Of a DNA stretch of 5,283 nucleotides, positions 4,831 through 5,283 are shown piece after piece. Origin of the DNA: a virus (lineage: Duplodnaviria > Heunggongvirae > Uroviricota > Caudoviricetes); IMG/VR virus record IMGVR_UViG_2675903509_000008. The stretch is one strand, 5' to 3'. The translations under genes and the position numbers were made by a program. Position 1 is the stretch's first letter; every line of letters begins with the position of its first letter. The notes under the pieces were generated by a model. The model saw only the letters and a list, made by a program, of their open reading frames with translations, did no database searches and was not told where the DNA came from.

Positions 4831-5283
4831 GTGCGGGTATTACTTCGACCTGTTCTGGTACCGGAACTCGGGCTGGTGATCGTTAAGCCGGGCCGTGAAT
4901 CCATGCCGGTATTCCACAATACCCGGGTACTGGTGGAGCCGGAACCGAAAAGCATGCGTAATCTGCCGTCCGGGGTCGTTCCTGCCGCTCGCCAGCCGCT
5001 GGTGGAAGACAAAACATTGCTGCCGTTTTTCAGTAACGCACGGGTGATTCGTGCTGCTGGTGGTGCTGGTGCATTGTCTGACTGGTTACTGCGCCATGTT
5101 AAATCCTGCCAGTGGCCACACGGCGATTATCACCACAGTGAAACCGTCATTCACCGTTATGGTACCGGCGCAATGGTGTTGTGCTGGCACTGCGACAACC
5201 AGCTGCGTGACCAGACATCCGAATCACTCGGGCAACTTGCTCATCAAAACCTGTCAGCATGGATGATTGACGTCATCGGTCAC
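4831..5283 (+). CDS. DUF968-family protein, YdfU-like (5' portion; continues beyond the window end)
   Basis: GTG 4831 with GGAGG 4822-4826 at 4-nt spacing. 151 stop-free codons to the window edge (MRVLLRPVLVPELGLVIVKPG...CQWPHGDYHH...CWHCDNQ). Position downstream of hok and rem matches the Qin order as I recall it. The track ORFs 5051-5266 (+) and 4635-5012 (-) are out-of-frame shadows of this frame. Confidence 0.75.
   Translation, partial: MRVLLRPVLVPELGLVIVKPGRESMPVFHNTRVLVEPEPKSMRNLPSGVVPAARQPLVEDKTLLPFFSNARVIRAAGGAGALSDWLLRHVKSCQWPHGDYHHSETVIHRYGTGAMVLCWHCDNQLRDQTSESLGQLAHQNLSAWMIDVIGH

Noticed and set aside
4417-5012. Minus-strand ORFs 4417-4629 and 4635-5012
   Set aside because: Antisense to the rem-like, 92-aa and DUF968 frames; the + strand frames have RBSs and recognisable protein features.
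5051-5266. 71-aa + strand ORF from the track
   Set aside because: Out of frame relative to the 151-codon stop-free DUF968 frame that begins at GTG 4831 with a GGAGG RBS.
1-5283. CRISPR arrays, tRNA/rRNA genes, IS elements or integrase/attachment sites
   Set aside because: No regularly spaced direct repeats, no cloverleaf-compatible segments, and no transposase or integrase-like ORFs or terminal inverted repeats were seen.

Overview
This window reads as a segment of a lambdoid (Qin-like) enterobacterial prophage, with every supported gene on the + strand. Positions 130-3302 hold a tightly packed, translationally coupled run of small phage genes: two HTH-type DNA-binding proteins, a DUF4406 (nucleoside 2-deoxyribosyltransferase-like) protein, several hypothetical proteins and two tandem, strongly acidic mini-proteins. 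An AT-rich insert (about 3303-3620) carries a small two-helix membrane protein. It is followed by a complete hok-family type I toxin locus (hokD/relF-like) with a promoter, a 19-codon mok-like leader, a candidate antisense Sok RNA, 5'/3' fold-back complementarity and an intrinsic terminator. Downstream lie a rem-like 83-aa gene, a 92-aa ORF and the 5' part of a DUF968 (YdfU-like) gene that runs off the window. The most interesting candidates for undescribed function are the acidic mini-protein pair behind a hairpin-split ribosome binding site, the AT-rich membrane-protein insert, and the hok locus lacking relBE with a truncated mok. Ambiguous bases at 85-103 obscure the 5' end of the first gene. 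No tRNA, rRNA, CRISPR array or IS element was seen. All family assignments are from reading the translations and from memory, not from database searches.
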